This document shows positions 27,285-40,829 of a DNA stretch of 64,000 nucleotides, in pieces; position 1 is the first letter of the stretch; every line of letters starts with the position of its first letter. The notes beneath the pieces were generated by a model. That model was not told the origin of the DNA. It made no database searches and was given only the letters and a program-made list of their open reading frames with translations. This DNA is from Stegostoma tigrinum (taxonomy: Eukaryota), in the NCBI RefSeq assembly GCF_030684315.1, contig NC_081397.1, forward strand, positions 11,990,421 through 12,054,420, given 5' to 3'. The translations under genes and the position numbers were made by a program.

Positions 27285-27377
27285 CCAGAGGAGCGCATGC
27301 GTGAGGCCCTCTCCCAGCGCTGCCATTGTGGGGCATTGAGTCAGTGAGTGGAAGAGGTTAGTTTGAAACAGGCCACA
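27285..27377 (+). promoter_or_regulatory. Promoter B of the unidentified gene
   Basis: GCGCATGCG (27293) and TGAGTCA (27337); near-identical to 3806-3897. Confidence 0.55.
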
Positions 27378-27441
27378 ATGGAGAGACCAGCGCCCAGGGA
27401 AGCGAGGGAACAGCAGGCTCCTTCCAGCAGCGCATCGAGAT
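27378..27441 (+). CDS. Unidentified gene copy B, exon 1
   Basis: GCCACAATGG strong Kozak context; MERPAPREAREQQAPSSSASR; donor GTGAGT, phase 1. Confidence 0.6.
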
Positions 27442-28285
27442 GTGAGTCTGGGGCACAGAGGGGGCTCCGAGACCGGCATTGATTCGGGTTCAGTTCAGGG
27501 AGAACCGTGGGCTGTTGGTAAGAGGCGGAGCGGAGCAGGAACTGGTCCCGGAACTTGGAGTGAGCGGCCTGTGGGCAGGGAGAGAGAGGCTTTTCTCGGG
27601 CTGTGTGTGGGCCTGTTGAGGGAGACACAGCGGCAAGAAGCTGCTGCTGGGGGTCAGGCTTGTAGCTTTTAGTCTTCTAAACACTGATGGAAAGCTTTTG
27701 TGCTCCTGAGATGCTGCTTGGCCTGCTGTGTTCATCCAGCCTCACATTTTATTATCTTGGAATCTCCAGCATCTGCAGTTCCCATTATCTCTGGAAATTC
27801 ATTGTTCGGCTTCAATTTCGCGCTGTTTTTGGACATAGTGCCGTGAACAGTGGAAACACAGACTAGAGGCATGTTATAACCCTGAAAAGGACAGTTAATT
27901 GAGTCCCTAGGTTAAATTTCTCACCTGAAATATTTAAAATAGCGCCCTTTGTTCTTCCTTTTCACAGATAGTGTGTTGGGAGCCGGATATTGAACTGTGT
28001 ATGTATGCATGCCTGCTCCTTCGGATAGCCCCATTTATGAAAGTACAGTTGTTGCTCAGTTTCTGGACCTCACTCATGTGATTTCGAATTATTTCAGGAA
28101 AAAAAGTACAATGAGAATCCCCAGAAAAGGAGCAGATCTGGAGAACAGAGAACAAAGCCTCTGGTTCTGTTCAATTTGCTAGTTTTCTTCTTTTAAAAAC
28201 AAACACACGTCCCAATGATTATGAACTTAATGTTATGTTGATTACTTCAATACGGTCAGACTTTATGTATGTTGACTTCCTCCAG

Positions 28286-28367
28286 GCAAATACTTGAAGG
28301 ACCAGGATGATGTTCTATTTCCTCGGTGCAAAGCCAAGTCTGACCAGTTACTGCTAACAATCAGCAG
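28286..28367 (+). CDS. 82-nt exon copy 4 (KYLKDQDDVLFPRCKAKSDQLLLTIS), exon 2 of copy B
   Basis: ttcctccAG|GC, AG|GTATGT, in frame with exon 1. Confidence 0.6.
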
Positions 28368-28669
28368 GTATGTAGCCCATTGACGTTGACACAAGTTTTG
28401 AAGATGGATAGACTGATTGGTCATCCGAAATAGACACTCAGGAACAGCATTAAATCTGCATTGAATAAGGGCATTTTCAAAGTTACAATCAAGACAAACA
28501 ATAGATCATGCTGTAACATAGTTTCAAAGTCATACCTCAGTGAGATGTTAAGTACAGAAATGGGAAGAACCTGTGCACCAAGAGTTACTAAAGTGGATGA
28601 AACATGTTTATATGAAGTTTATCAGTGACTGAGAAGGACAGAATTAATCCTTTGATGAATAATTCTCTC

Positions 28670-28678
28670 CTCCTCTCA

Positions 28679-28737
<59 letters not shown>
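28670..28737. repeat. (CT)n(CA)n microsatellite
   Basis: Direct. Confidence 0.95.
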
Positions 28738-28745
<8 letters not shown>

Positions 28746-29869
28746 AGACCTTCAGTCAGTCAATGTGGAACAACTAAATTGTTTTGTGTTCACTGCAAAT
28801 CATAGAAAATGATAGACTCAAAATGATCTCCACTAACACCCTCAAGTTACAGAACTCTACAGCACAAGAGAAAGGCCCATCAGCCCGTTGCATCCACACC
28901 ATTTTTTTAAAATGGTGAACAACTTTTAAAATCCCAATCAGCCAGCATTCTATTTCCATGAATGTATGGAGGCTGAAGAGGAACTGCTATCCTCACCCTT
29001 ATCATTTCTTCACCTTACAGGAGTAAATATTTCTTTTTTAACATTGTGTATCTCTTTCAATTTTTTGTTTCAATTTTCAACAAAGGGCTTGATGTTCATC
29101 TCGACCTTCCCTACAGCACAATCATGTTAGTCCTCATGGTACGGACAAATGTCAGTGTAATATTAATCCCAGTGTAATATTAATATTAATCGTACAGAGT
29201 CAGTGAATATCTACTGTACCTGAGATGGTTGCAGACATCATGAAGCTAGCACTGCAGCTATTCAAATGCTGATAACTGGAGAACTAATGTCAAATTGGCA
29301 CTAACAGACACTGGCAGTGAGTGGAAGAAGTTCACAATTCCAACAATTAGTGGAAACTAGTATGCAGAATAGAATGTCCCAGTGCAAGCACAGTGGGCTG
29401 AATGGTCTGCTTCCACGCTGCACCTCATCTTGATTTTGATCCTGGTAATGACGTAAATGATATTCTGTTGTATAGAGTATTAGTTTAAAAATATAACATA
29501 GAAATAGACAGAGAGGTGCAAAACAAAATCTTTAAGAAAGAGCACGAACAATGCCCAATACAAAAAAAATGAATCTACGGAAACCTGAAAAAACAAATCC
29601 CGTACTGAGACAGAGAATCAGCATCTGATACGATCGGTATATAAAACCCATACTCAGCACATAAACTGTAAATTGTGTTGTTGATTCAGAATGGTTCTCA
29701 TAGGAAACCAGTCCCATTTATATGACCCCTCCTAGATCCTGCCAACTGATAACGAACTCAGAAGTCTCAAAATGCCGAAGAGATTAATACCCAGCCTCAA
29801 TGTCTTATTAGCTATGTCAGAATATGTTGCATAGTCACAGAGAATATTACTGGCTGCAAGAGAATCAAG

Positions 29870-31530
29870 GCACATTGATACACAACAGTAGAAACTGACA
29901 GATACAGATTGATACCTACACTGACTCATTCACATTCCAGAAACACACAAAAGAAAATTGATGATGAATCACATATTCACATTCAAATAACAGGAACGGA
30001 CATGGACTGATAATTTGACTTGGCCATTCACACAGCAGAAACTGACTGGAGAGATGGGGAAATGCAGCCTCACATTTATGTTGCAGATACTGACAGCAAG
30101 AATAATGTTGTTAGACACAAATTCACAGAATAAAAACTGACTGGTACACATTGATAAATGCATTTGCCTATTCAAAGCCAGAAACTCATAGGTGGAAATT
30201 GATGGGTAAAATCACACATTCCCAAAGCAGAATGATTGTTTGTAATAGTCTTGGTTTCAAATAACTGACGGGGACAGATTGGTAACTTCACTCACCGATG
30301 CACAGAGCAGAAACTGACAGGCATAGAGCAATAACTACACTCATCTGCTGCCGTAGGTACTGATTGACAATGACATGTACATATTCACACAGAAGAAACT
30401 GACAGGTATTCACTGATAACTAAACTCATATATTGACATAACAGAAACTGCAAGTGATAGACTGAGAATTACACAAACATATTCACAAAGCAGAGGCTGA
30501 AAGTGTACAGATTGATAACTACACAAACATATTCACACAGCAGTCTGAGAGGAATAGACTGATTGTTAAACTCACATAGACAGAGCAGAAACTGACAGGC
30601 AGAAATCAGCAGTGAAACTCTCATTCTTTTAGCTGAAACTGACAGGTAGAGATTAATAACTAAATCCTCACATTCACAAACCAGAAACTGACAGGTGCAG
30701 AATAATAATGACATTGACATATGCACATAGCAGAAACTGACATGGACAGAATAAAAATATCATGCCCAGGCTCATTTGGCATCATCTGAACAGTACGTTT
30801 GAATAACTAAATTAATTTTCACAGAACAGAGTTTGCCAATTATGTATTGATATCTATATTCCAAGATTGACAGAGCAGAAACTGACAGGCATAAATTGAT
30901 AACTGAAATCATATTCAAAGAGCAGAACCTGATTGGTACAGATCCAGAACTGCACTCACATATTAACATATCACTTGCTATCAGTTAGTTCCAGCTAACA
31001 TCATTCACATATTGACAAAGAATTAACTGACAGATAAAAATTGACAACTATATTTATATATTCCCAGACCTGAAACCGGCAGGTACAGAGTGGTAAATAC
31101 ACTCATGCATTCACATATCAGACTGACAGGGACAAATTTTAAAACTACATTTCACAGAGCACAAGGACAAGAACAGATTGATCACAGCACTCATGCATTC
31201 ACATATCAGGACCTAACAGGTAAGGATTGATAATTATACTCATGTTTTGAAGTAGCAGATGCTTACAGCTAGAGATTAATTACTGCACTCTCATATGCAC
31301 AGTGCACAAACTGACAGATAACTGATAACTGCACTCAAACATTCACATGGCAGAAACTAATATAAACAGATTGATAATAAGCTCATACTTGTATCGCAGA
31401 AATAGGCAGTGACTAACTACTTCTGTGTGAATATGTAAACATATTTATCAGTCAGTCTCTGTCAGTTTCTACAATGTGGATATATCAGTTTAGTTATCAG
31501 TCTATAGTTGTCAGTTTCTGTGATGTGAAT
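29870..31530 (+). repeat. Largest ~49-bp degenerate minisatellite array; last ~110 bp inverted
   Basis: AGAAACTGACAGG...GATTGATAACT recurs at 49-50 nt spacing (e.g. ATTCACA at 30481 and 30531). Confidence 0.85.
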
Positions 31531-32650
31531 GTGTGAGGGAAGTGCATCGGATGCCATCTGTATGGATTTTAGTAAGGTATTTGACAAAGTGCCACATGGT
31601 AGACTGGTCCAAAAAGTAAGAGCCTCTGGGATACAGGGCAGTATGTTGAATTGTGTCCAAAGATGGCTCAGTAACAGGAAACAAAATGTAGTGGTTGATT
31701 GCTGCCTTTGTGAACAGAAAGCTGTTTCAAGTGGTGCTCAGCATGGCTCAGTGTTGGAACCCCTGCCGTTTGTTTTCTGCGTTGATGATTTGGACTTGAA
31801 TGTGGTGGGCTTATTTGAGAAGTTTGCAGACAACACAAACTTGGCCATGTAGTGGGTAGTGTAGAGGATAATTGTAAGATGCAAAATGGTACAGATAGTT
31901 TAGTGGAGTTGGCAGGAAAGTGGCAGATGGAGTTCAGCTCTGATAAGTGCAAGATAATGCACTTTGGAAGCTCAAACAGTAAATGGAATCGAAAATAATT
32001 GAGAGTATATTGAGAACGGTAGATGAAGTGAGAGATCTGGTGTGCAGGCGCACAGGTCCCTAAAGGTAGCAGTACGGGCATTTAGAATTATAAACAAGGC
32101 ATGTACAATGTTCCCCTTCATTGACAGTGGTATGGAATACAAACGTAGGGATATAACTGTGAAACTGTATCCGGAAATGGTGAGTCTGCAACTGGAGTAT
32201 TGTGTGCAGTTCTGGTCACCATATTACAGGAAGGATGTAATTGCTGTGGAGGGAATGCAGAGGAGATTTACCAGAATGTTGCCAGGGCTGGAGATTGTAG
32301 CTCCGAGGAGAGATTGCAGAGGGTGGAGTTATATTGCTTGGAATAGAGGAGGCTGAGGGGTGTCATGATTGAAGAAAACGAAACTGTGAAAAGAAGAGAC
32401 AGAATAGACAGGAGGAACCTGTTTCCCTTGGAGAAACTGTTCAAAAATCAGAGGTCATTGATTGAAGTGAAGTGGCTGAAGGATCGGAGGATTCTTAAGG
32501 ATTTTTTTTAACAGTATGAAACAGTCTGACCTCTTCCAGCCTTCCAATATTAGGAAGGAAGATGTGCCAGGAACTTTGAGGAAGGTGAAGATAGGTAATT
32601 CCCCTGGGTCTGATGGGATTTATCCAAGGATTCTGTGGGAAGCGAGGGTG
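31530..32650 (+). mobile_element. CR1 LINE reverse-transcriptase fragment
   Basis: MDFSKVFDKVPHGRL; LEYCVQFWSPYYRKD. Confidence 0.92.
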
Positions 32651-32719
32651 GGGCAGGGGGTGGGGTGGGGGCGGGATGGGGGTGGGGGAGTGGGGCAGGG
32701 GGATGCGGGGCAGGGCGGC

Positions 32720-33190
32720 GGTGATGGTGGTTCTCCCCCATTCTTTCTGAAGCCAATGGTCAGTTCTTTAGTTTTTCCAACATTGAGAGAGAGGTCGCCT
32801 TCACTGCACCATGTCATCAAGCCCTCTATCTCCCTTCTGGGTTTTGACTCCTGCTTGTTCCATATGTGTCCCACTATGATGGTGTCATCAGCAAACTTGT
32901 AGATGGTGTTCATTTGGAAATTGGCCCCACAGTGTTGGGTGTACAGTAGGGGCCTGAGGTTGCATCCTTGGCGGGTGGCCTCCAGTGTTGTGTGTTACTG
33001 TAGAGGAGATGCAGTTGTCTGTCTTCACTGATTGCAGTCTATGGGTTAGAAATTTGAGGATCCAGTTGCAGTGGGTGAAGCCGAGACCAAGGTCACAGAG
33101 TTTTGAGATCAGTCTGCACAGGATAACAGTGTTGACTACAGCTCCGCGTTCAATGAGCAGGAGTCTGATGTAGGTGGTTTTGTTGTATAG
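32720..33190 (-). mobile_element. Rex1/Babar-like LINE reverse-transcriptase fragment
   Basis: YKFADDTIIVG...WCSEGDLSLNVGKTKELTIGFRK. Confidence 0.8.
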
Positions 33191-33867
33191 ATGTTCCAGG
33201 GATGAATAATCTCCTACAACCTCTTGAATCAGGCAGAAGATACAGAAGCCCGAACAGGTTCAGGGGCAGCTTCTTCCTGTTCATTATTAAATTGATGAAT
33301 GGACTCTTTAGCCTCAAATAATGATGATCTTGCCAATGTTGATCTCTCCGAGTGCGCACCCTGTGAAATGTAACCTGCATTCCTCTCTGAGTTGTTTTGT
33401 TCTGTACATCCTTGCTGACTGTGATCGGCCTGTACTGCTCGTAAACAGAGCATTTCACTGTCTCTCGCTACATTTGAATTTATTTAAAAAAATTAACAGA
33501 GCATATACTGACAGGTACATATTTGTAACGACACTCACGCATTCAACAAGTGGGAGCTGACAGATATAGATGGATAACGAAACTCACATATCCATATACC
33601 CACTTGCAGTATGTACTCCCACTCATGCAGCTGTATCAGTGTTGGTTAGCTTTTGGATCTCACTCAACCGGGTATTCGAATTTTAAGAAAAAAAAATAGA
33701 CAAGGAGCAGCTCAGGCTAGGAGTAGAATCAGACCGTGGTTCTGTTCAAATAAGTAGCTCGAAACAAACAATCCTAATGAATAATTAACTGAATGTTACA
33801 TTGGCAATATCAATGTGATCAATCTCAACTGATGTTAGTTTACAGGAGGTATTCCTTCTTCCTCCCG

Positions 33868-33949
33868 GCCAATACTTGAAGGACCAGGACAATTTAGTGT
33901 TTCCTCAGTACAAAGCCAATTGTGACCAGCATCTTACAACAACCACCAG
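33868..33949 (+). pseudogene. 82-nt exon copy 5 (QYLKDQDNLVFPQYKANCDQHLTTTT); acceptor AG mutated to CG
   Basis: cctccCG|GC...AG|GTATGT; frame still open. Confidence 0.55.
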
Positions 33950-35559
33950 GTATGTTGCACTGTCAGAGCATAGAATATCCTAGCCACAGTGATAGCAGAT
34001 TCAATCTCACACATTGAATGCAATTTCCAGAGAGATGTGTTCTAACCAAGAGTCAAACACCATTGAGGAAATACCAGTGTATATCTTTTATCTGTACTGT
34101 CACTTCCAGCCACCCAGTTCTAAACAATTTCACTTTGGAGGAATGACAGACTGAATCCTCATCCAAAATACCTACACAGGAACAGCATGAAATCTGCATT
34201 TAGGAAGGGTACTTTCAGTGTTACAGGGAAGTGAACAAATAGATGATACTGTTAGTTTGACCAACCACATGGGAAGTAGATATGGAGTACAGATATTGAA
34301 GCAAACATTTCAGTTAGCAGTAACAGGCAGACAGAATTATTATTTTACTGAATATTTGTCACAATAGTCACAAAAAGACTGACAACGAGAGAATTGTTAA
34401 TATACACTCTCACTCCCTCTCTTGCACCCTCCTCTCTCTCTCTCTCCCTCTCTCTCTCTCTCACTATCAAATATATATACCATTCCAACACACGTTCCAA
34501 CATATAATAGCCATGCAATACCGTATACATTGCAAGCAACAGAAACTGTCACATCTGGAATGATTTCTATTCACAGAGCCATTGTCAGAGAGGCCTGCAG
34601 TCCTTCACATTATTGAGTCTGCACCGAGAATTCTCATCCCATTCATTCAACATTTCATTCACATAAATGTATGATAGCAGCAGAGAAGCTGCCATCCCCA
34701 CCTTTATCGCAACATCATTCTCCTTTTCTTCACCTTTCAGGATTAGAATTTGCTTTGTCTTTTTCAGTCCAGCAAGAAACCTCGAGTACCTCTTTCAAAA
34801 TTAATCTCAATTTTCTATAAAGAGCCTGACATTCCTCCTGGCCCTCCCGAGAATGTATTGCAGAGAAATACCAAGATATCTGAATACAATTTTCACAATA
34901 AATCAGTTTAATCAAGTGGTTACCTTTCAAAGCAGTGCACAAAATAAAAATAGACAAAATTGGTTTGCTTGGTAGGTTTGTGAAACACTCATTTTGTTTC
35001 AAAGCAGAGTTGAACAGTGTTGATTGTTCAATAAATTGAGTTTCACACTTTAAATCTGCTGCACTGCAAGACAGAAAATAAACTTCCTTTTCCTTTCCAC
35101 TTCCCTCCCATAGAACAACACAAGAGTACCAGTAATTGCTTCCACCATCACAGCACAGAGCAGGGTCATGTCCTGTCTACATCAGGGAATAAGTTCCCTG
35201 TTTGTCTTTTCTGTCCAAGCGACACTGTGTGGTCAGGCAGCTGCAATGCAGTTGAATTGTTCACTGCCATTGGCTTTCACAGTTTACACTGATTGCTACT
35301 TTAGCGTTACTCAGAAAAGCATATCACTACACACTGAAAAAGAAACGGATGTTATTCTGACAGTCAATACTTTACATCATTAATCCCCGTTCAACTCTAC
35401 ACTATACAAGTTACAAAGGCCCATTGTGTTTCCAGTCTTGAATCTGAGGAACAGCACAGAGTCCCTTCTGTAGCAGTGTGTTGCCTTTCACTTGCACATG
35501 ATTCCCACAGGCACCAACAATTAAAGATCTTCGGTGGTTTCCCATTCACGACAGGAGAC

Positions 35560-37000
35560 GGGAACTGAGATACAGACTGGCAGCACGAGGGAAAACTCAC
35601 TCACACACAGCCAGTGGATGCTAAAAGGAAAAGAATGAAGTACGGCCTCTCAGTAATTTCCAGATATGAACTGACTCTCAAAATCTCTGATTACACCTGA
35701 GGATATTGGACTATTACAGTGCCCAGTAGTGACAGATAGATTCTACTGCACACTCAACCTCATGCACAATGTAAAAACAAACTGAGACTGAAATGCAATG
35801 CAGTTGAGTGCAATTGAAAAGAGTTTGACAGAGTTTACTACTCCGACACAAACCACAACTGAACATACGAGAATGAGATCCATGTACTCTCCCTGAGACT
35901 GTGGGAAACACATCAAAACTGCCACGATCGTTATGAAAAGCCAGATACCCACAGAACTTATGTCATATTGGCCTTTACAAATAGACGCTGACAATGAGTA
36001 GATGAAGTTCACATTCCTAACAATTACTGCGGAACTGCTGCATAAAAAATTCCCAGTACAGAGACAGTGGGCTGAATGGTCTGCTCCTATGCTGTACCAT
36101 ATCTGTGATTCTGATTTTGGTGAGAAACAAACAGTTTAATCAGTGGTACCACAGATCTCAGGCTGTCTGACCAAATAGGAAATATGTGACCATTTGTCAG
36201 AATGGTTCTCAGAATAAAGCAGTTCCCCTCCTGTTATCACCCCATGTCCTGAACTTCCTCACCCCCCCTCACCTACCACACGGATTGACACTCAACTCAT
36301 AAATCACACAATGCAGAAGAGATTAAGAGCCAGCCTCAACACCCTAACAATAACTATCACAGAGTGATTTGTACAGTCACAGAGAATAATACTGGCCTTC
36401 AGAGACTTAGCCATTTTGATACATGAGGAGAAACTGACACGTACAGATTGATAACTACACCCACTTGTTCGTATTGCAGAAACACACAAATGATGACAAA
36501 ACATTGACTACAATGTAAAGGTGTGACTGTAGTTATCAGTCTCTCTTGGTTTCTGCTAATGTCAGTCATGCATTCGCATTGCAGGAACTGTCAGGGAGAG
36601 ATGAATAACTTCACCCTCATTCTCAAAGCTAAAACGGACATACACAATGATAACTACACTCCCAGTTTCACAGAGCAGAAACTGACAAGTATAGTCTGTT
36701 AACTAGACTCTCCTATTTACAGAGCAGAATCTCACAGGTACATGTTGGGAACAGCACCCACACATTCACCAAGCAGGAACTGACAGGTGTACTTCGATAA
36801 GTACATTTACACACTGACAAGGCAGAAACGGAGAGGCATAGACTGGGAACTCATATTCACACAACAGAAACTGACAGATACAGATTAATGTTGTCACTCT
36901 CAATTCTCAGAGCAAAAACTAACAGATACAGGCTGGTAAATATAGTCATACATTTACATATGAGAAACTGACAAGTATATGTAGATAAATATATTGATTA
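35560..37000 (+). repeat. ~49-bp minisatellite arrays within a duplicated unit (paralog of 29380-31400)
   Basis: Same consensus; 36050-36480 aligns with 29375-29920. Confidence 0.75.
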
Positions 37001-37059
37001 TAGAAATGATTTGGAGTTGGGTATTGAGGATAAAATCTCTGAATGCGCAGGTGATACTA

Positions 37060-37860
37060 AGCCAGGGAGAAGAGTGAATTGTGCGGATGATACTGAATGA
37101 CTTCACAGGGACATTGACAAGTTGGCCAAATGGGCAGAGACCTGGCAGATAAATTTCAATGCAGAAAAATATGAGCTCGTGCATTTTGCGAATAAAGACA
37201 CAGAGAAACAATACAAGCTTAAGGGTACAGCTTTGAGGGGAGTATTGGAGCAGAGAGATCTTGGGGCTCATGTGCATTATTCTCTAAAGGTGGCCAGGCA
37301 AGTTGAAACAGTTGTGAAGCAGGTTCAAAGGATCTTTGAGTTTAAAAATAGAGGCATTGAGTCTCAAAGGAAGGATGTAATGCTACGCCTCTACAAATCA
37401 TTGCTAAGACCACATTGCTCAGACTAGATTTGTGTTCAGTTCTGGACACCTTATTGAAGGAAGAAGCCTCTGGGGAGGGTTCAAAGAAGATTACTAGAAT
37501 GATAGCAGGATTTTACTGACAAGGAAAGATTAATGAAATCAGGCTTATTCCCCTTGGAGCAGAGAAGAATAAAAGGAAACCTTATGGAGGTGTTCACAAT
37601 TGTGAAGAATTTTGACAGAGTGAAGTTCAATACTCTATTTACACTATGTCAGTAACCAGGGGTCACAGTTTCAAGATTGTCACCAAGACAGCTAGGAGTG
37701 AGATGAGGAGAAACATCTTTACTCGGAGCATTGTTAGGATTTAGAATGCGCTGCCTGGGAGAGTGGTGAAGGTGGATTCCATGTGAGGTATGAAAAGAGA
37801 GCTGGATATATATTTGAAAATGATGAAGTTTAGAGGGTAACGTAGATGGGGCTGGAGAAC
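37060..37860 (+). mobile_element. CR1 LINE fragment
   Basis: KWAETWQINFNAEK...LYKSLLRPH. Confidence 0.88.
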
Positions 37861-38275
37861 AATCCTGCCTAGAATTATTTCCAGCTCACCACAATTATAA
37901 AATAAATGCAGAGCAGATTCAGTTCTTTATGTCATCTGTCCTGACCCACTAACCAGGAGATTAAATCGATATTCAAGTTAGGAATGGACAGCACAAAATG
38001 TCAAACCCCTGCGATCATGGATCAGATCATGTTACAGCAGAAGAAATTGGCCCACTCAGAGTTATGTGAGAGACAGTTATTCCGATGGCTTCTCAAGGCA
38101 AATTCATGTTTGGAGTTGATGTCTGGCTGAGTGAATGGGAACAAAGCTTAGCCATTTCTCAGCTGCAGAAACTTGACGCTCCTCTGTCCTCTCTTCCTTC
38201 TCCCCCTTATTTTCTGGAAGGAACAATTACTATCCATCAATTTGTGAGGCATTGAAGGGATTCTTCTGTGCTGTC

Positions 38276-38407
38276 TCACAATGTCCGTGGAAGATTGACA
38301 GAAACATTTCCCTCTTCACCTTGACCTGGTTCCTCATCCCCTCGCATATCTGTGTGCCTCAGGGTGGTGTATGTGATGCAGGATGGTTGCTGGTCTGCTT
38401 GCTCAGC
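38276..38407 (-). CDS. ITIM-bearing terminal exon, paralog B (AEQADQQPSCITYTTLRHTDMRGDEEPGQGEEGNVSVNLPRTL*)
   Basis: Acceptor gtcctattttcAG, phase 0; SCITYxTL and GNVxxNxP shared with 55064-55183. Confidence 0.75.
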   Translation of the reverse strand, partial: AEQADQQPSCITYTTLRHTDMRGDEEPGQGEEGNVSVNLPRTL

Positions 38408-38479
38408 CTGAAAATAGGACAATACAGAAACATAGTAAATGAGGAGCAGGAGCAAAATCGGTGGCCTCATGGACAGTGA

Positions 38480-40140
38480 AGGTGGTTATCTCAGAGTACA
38501 ACGGGAACTTGATCAACTGGGCCAATGGGCCGAGGACTGGCAGGTAGAGTTTAATTTAGACAAATATAGAGATGTTGCATCTTTGCTGAGGCAAACCAGG
38601 GCAGGTTAATGGTAGGGCCCTGCGGAGTGTTGTCAAACAGAGGTATTGAGGGGTGCAGGCACATAGTTCCATAAAGTTCCATAGTTCCATAAAGTTCCAT
38701 AAAGCGGACGGCAAGTTTGGAACAGTTGCCTTCATCAGTTCCAACACTGAATGTAGGAGTTGGGATGTTATGATGTGGCTGTACAAGACATTTTGCCCCT
38801 AAGAACTCCATGCAACTAATTGAACAACATTCACTGCTCTGGTCCCGACTACATTCTGTGACAGAGAATCCCATTGGCTCCCCACCCTCTAGGTGAAGAC
38901 ATTTCTCCCCACCCTCAGCCCTTCCCCATCTCCTTTAGACTGTGACCCCCTGAGTGTGGACTCACGTGCCCTCAGCCCCCACTCCAGCCATCAGCAACAT
39001 CTGTGTTTACCCCTATTAAGTCCCATTGAAGTTTCACAGGTTTCTATGAGATCGACCCTCAATCTTCTAAACTCCAGTGAATATAATCCTCACCAATCTA
39101 GTCTTTGCTTGTCCATCAGACCTGCCATCCCAGGATTCAGTTTGGGAAACTTCAGCTGCACTCCCTCCATAGCCAGTACATCCTTCCACAGAGACGGAGA
39201 CCCCAGACTGCAGACGCAATACAGCAGAAGTGGTCTCTCCCTGTACAATTGCAGCAAGACAGCCTTGCTCCTGGACTGGAACCTTCTCACTATGAAGGCC
39301 AACATCCCATTTCCCTTCTTCACCATCTGCTGCTCCTGTAATGCTCACTGTCAGTGACTGGTGTATGAGGTACATCCAGGTCTTGGAGCACCCCGACATC
39401 CCAATCCGGCGGATAAAAACCCAGTTTCCTGGTTTTGCACCCAAAGCAGATCATGTCACTCTGATCTACATTAAACTGTTTCAATCATCTCAGTGTTGAG
39501 TCTACAAACTGGACATTCGGAGGGGGTGGGTGGTGAACGTGGGGATATGGAGGGAGTGGATGGTGAGAATAACAAACTTTATCTGGAAGACACTGAGAGT
39601 GTATGGCATGAGCTGTGAACATCTGGGGTTGTTACACAGACCAGTTCCTCTTAGAAAAGCACACAGTTGGAACAAAGTTGAAACGGATTATGACGAATGT
39701 TATTTCTCTGTACTCTGAACAGGATGTGGCAAGTGGATGCCAATCTCAAAATATCCTTCAATGGATCAACGTGCTCGGCCTGAAGGCAATGAGGAGTTTG
39801 CAAAGGGTTCGGAGTCACGTGCGGAGCAGATCAGGTGAGAATGGCAGATTTTGCTCCCATAAGAACCATCAGAGACAAAAATGGGAGTAGGCCATTCGGC
39901 CCCTCGATCCTGCTCCACTATTCAATAGGACTGTGGCTGATCCAACATTCCTCATGTCCACTTTCCTGCCCTTCCCTTTGATTCCCCAATTGATCAAGAA
40001 TCTGTCAATCTCAGCCTTAAATCTGCCTTCCCCCTGCTGCCACAAATACACACAGCTCCCTGTAGCATGGAGTTCCAAAGTCTCTTATCTCTCTGAGAGA
40101 AGAAATAACTTCTCATGTCAGTCTTCACTAGTGAACCAGA
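38480..40140. mobile_element. Nested CR1 fragments, both strands
   Basis: VKKGNGMLAFI...VLLQLY; YFFSQRDKRLWNS. Confidence 0.8.
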
Positions 40141-40399
40141 TTGTTCTTTGCTTCTTACCATGGTCATCATTAGAGTCTTAACTCCAGATCTGTTTTGTTC
40201 AAAGTAGAAGTCAAAATCCACCGCATGCCACAGCAAGATTTAAATTCAAGTCCTCACAGTATATCCCAGCCATCTGACAGAATAGGATATTGCCTCCCCA
40301 TTATTTCAGAAATTGCAAATGAATCATATCAAAGTGCGGTGTTCAGGTCAGTATAATTTGCCCCACACCATTGAGCCAAACATCGACAGCAGTGGAATC

Positions 40400-40667
40400 C
40401 CTCCATTGGAGAAGTAGGCCATTCAGCCCATTGAGTGCATAGCAACCCTCTGAACAGCATCCCACACAGACCCACTCCTCGAACCCGTTCACTTCCCATG
40501 GTTAATCTCCCTAATCTACCCACCCCTGGACACTCTGAGCAATTTAGCATGACCAATCCACCGAACCTGCACACCTTTAGACAATGGGAGAAGACTGGAG
40601 CACCCGGTGGAAACCACACACACAATATGAGGCAGCAGTGCTAACCACTGAGCCACCGTGCTGCCCA
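40400..40667 (-). mobile_element. tRNA-derived SINE with LINE-like tail
   Basis: A-box GGTGGCTCAGTGGTTAGCAC on minus; another copy at about 46230-46410. Confidence 0.8.
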
Positions 40668-40829
40668 GTGTTTTTGCCGTGTAGGGCTTGCTTAGCTCAG
40701 TTGAGTGTCTGGTCGTGCTGAAAGCGTGTGGTTCAGTTTTTGCACTGGTTGAGTTTGCTGGGAATGATCGTCGCCCTTTGCCTTAGTTGTGGTGACCCTC
40801 AGGTTAAACAGTAAAACACTTGTTGCTGT

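Noticed and set aside
29870-31530. CRISPR-like periodicity
   Set aside because: Whole units are degenerate with no unique spacers and no cas genes, in a eukaryotic context.
40628-40667. tRNA genes (also about 46380, 55340 and 58344)
   Set aside because: A/B boxes belong to SINE heads; there is no complete cloverleaf.
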